A stretch of 64,000 nt of DNA from Vicugna vicugna (lineage: Eukaryota). The notes under the pieces were generated by a model. It worked only from the letters and a program-made list of their open reading frames with translations, did no database searches and had not been told where the DNA came from. Below are positions 62,546-64,000 of the stretch, in pieces; positions within the stretch are counted from its first letter, which is position 1, and each line of letters begins with the position of its first letter. The stretch lies in NCBI GenBank assembly GCA_013265495.1, contig MU061578.1:1621308-1685307 (forward strand). Direction: 5' to 3'. Made by a program: the position numbers and the translations under genes.

Positions 62546-63639
62546 TGGTAGGAATTTGCAGGACTACAGAGGAAGGGAGAGCCCTGAGCAACTTCAAGGG
62601 AAGACAGTTTGTGGTGTCCGATGAGAGGCGGGCCAGACACAGACCCAGGGATGGGGAGGCGCGGCCAGGGATCCACTGAGAAGGCACCCACACACATGTG
62701 ACTACCCTTCCCGCTGCTACAGCACATTTGTAAACATCACCGGGACAAAAATAAAAGATGGTCAACTAGATGGCTGCTTTTAAATGGAAAATTCTTTAGT
62801 TGAGCTAAATCTGATCTCAGCAGGGGACTAAACCTACTGTTTGAAGGGGTGTGGGATGAATTCGAGTCAGTAAAGGAAAGACAATGGACTGTCCTTCAAC
62901 AGCCAACCCTCTATGCTGAGCTCAGGGACCTTAGAGGGGTCAAACTCTGATGACTATGGTAAGATGAGGTAGCAAGAGGGTGCCAACGTGAGTGTCATCC
63001 CCAACATCTTCTTGAGCAAATAGCATCCCCAGAGGATGGAGGGTGTGGCTCTTGCGGAGTGACTGGCTCAGAATCAGGAAGAGCTGCAAATGTGACCTTG
63101 AGGGCTGATTATTTCCAGGTTCATCTAATCACAGTGCGGATCACTCCGGAAGACCAGTAACTACGGGCTGAAAGAACAAGACGGTCTACGCCTCGAGCTG
63201 TTGATTCCCTATAAGAAGAAGGCTCTTCCGCCCTGCAGTCTGAACCATCTGTCCGAGGTAAAAACAGGCACTTTGCAAAGCACGTCGGGTGTGTGTAAGG
63301 GGTCTCCTCCATCTCTCTTCTCCCTGCTTTCCTCTTTCCCGACAGCTTCTGTCTTCCATTCTGGGGTCTCTCTGAGTCCGACTTCCCCCTCGAATGCTGC
63401 TGTTGGGTCGTGTGACCTAGATGAAGCCAACGGGACCATTTCATTCTCTTGCCCTCACTGATCTGTCCCCCTTTGTTCGTGGAAATAAACTTTCAGCCAG
63501 AGTGATGAGACAAACGTGCTCTCTCCCTCCAGGAACATGTCCATGCCTAGATATGAGGCTACTTGGGTTGCTATCTGAGCACAAAGCTGGCACCCAAAGG
63601 AAGTGCAGCTGAAAAAACCACTGCCAACTGCCCCGTCCT

Positions 63640-63890
63640 GATCCTGCAGCCACTGCCAAGCATTTGCTGTGACAACCACGACGCTAAGTGTCCAGTTGTC
63701 ATTAACTCATTTAATCCTTCCTAGCCCATCCCTCCCCCCACTTCACATAAAAACTTCTGCTCTCATTAGCTTACAGATAAGATGTCTAAGGTTTAGAGAG
63801 GTTGGCAATCTACCCAAGATTTCACAGTGACAGGTAGATTGGGGAGCTGGGATTTGAAGCCAGCCTCAAATAGGCTGACTCAGATTCCTG
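63640..63890 (-). mobile_element. MIR SINE
   Basis: cattaactcatttaatcct...ttacagataagatgtctaaggtttagagaggtt...cccaagatttcacag...gagctgggatttgaagcc...ctgactc. Confidence 0.75.
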
Positions 63891-64000
63891 AACACAGCAC
63901 AGTCTTGTCCTATGAATTCTCAGAATGAGCAGGGGACCTGGATAAAAAGAAGAGACTCAGAACACAAGCCCTTTGCTCCTCCCCTGCATACCAAGACCAA

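Noticed and set aside
1..64000. All six-frame ORFs (60-143 aa) as protein-coding genes
   Set aside because: They are short, overlap on both strands, often derive from repeats or microsatellites, and show no recognisable domain or consistent exon chain; this is what random mammalian non-coding DNA produces

Overview
64 kb of non-coding eutherian genomic DNA. The repeats are ancient MIR, L2, MaLR/ERVL LTRs (MLT1, MER21-like), MER20/MER5 and L1M fragments, plus several younger short cetartiodactyl-type L1 3' ends. I saw no Alu, Bov-tA/Bov-A2, PRE-1, CHR-2, Can-SINE or ERE elements, which together with the L1 tail type suggests a camelid (inference). None of the listed ORFs looks like a real protein, and I found no supportable CDS, rRNA, tRNA or CRISPR array. 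About 10 of 11 recognisable LTRs lie on the + strand, suggesting the window is inside a very long intron of a minus-strand transcription unit. On that strand there is a candidate 18-nt microexon (32914-32931) and a recursive-splice-site-like motif (~4491). Several repeat-poor blocks dense in homeodomain/TCF motifs look like developmental enhancers. Retrotransposition traces are clear: target-site duplications (TSDs), two twin-priming-type inversions and nested insertions. There is also a perfect 45-bp tandem duplication. I could not identify the host gene and do not claim a new biological system. Repeat family names come from recalled consensus sequences and boundaries are approximate.
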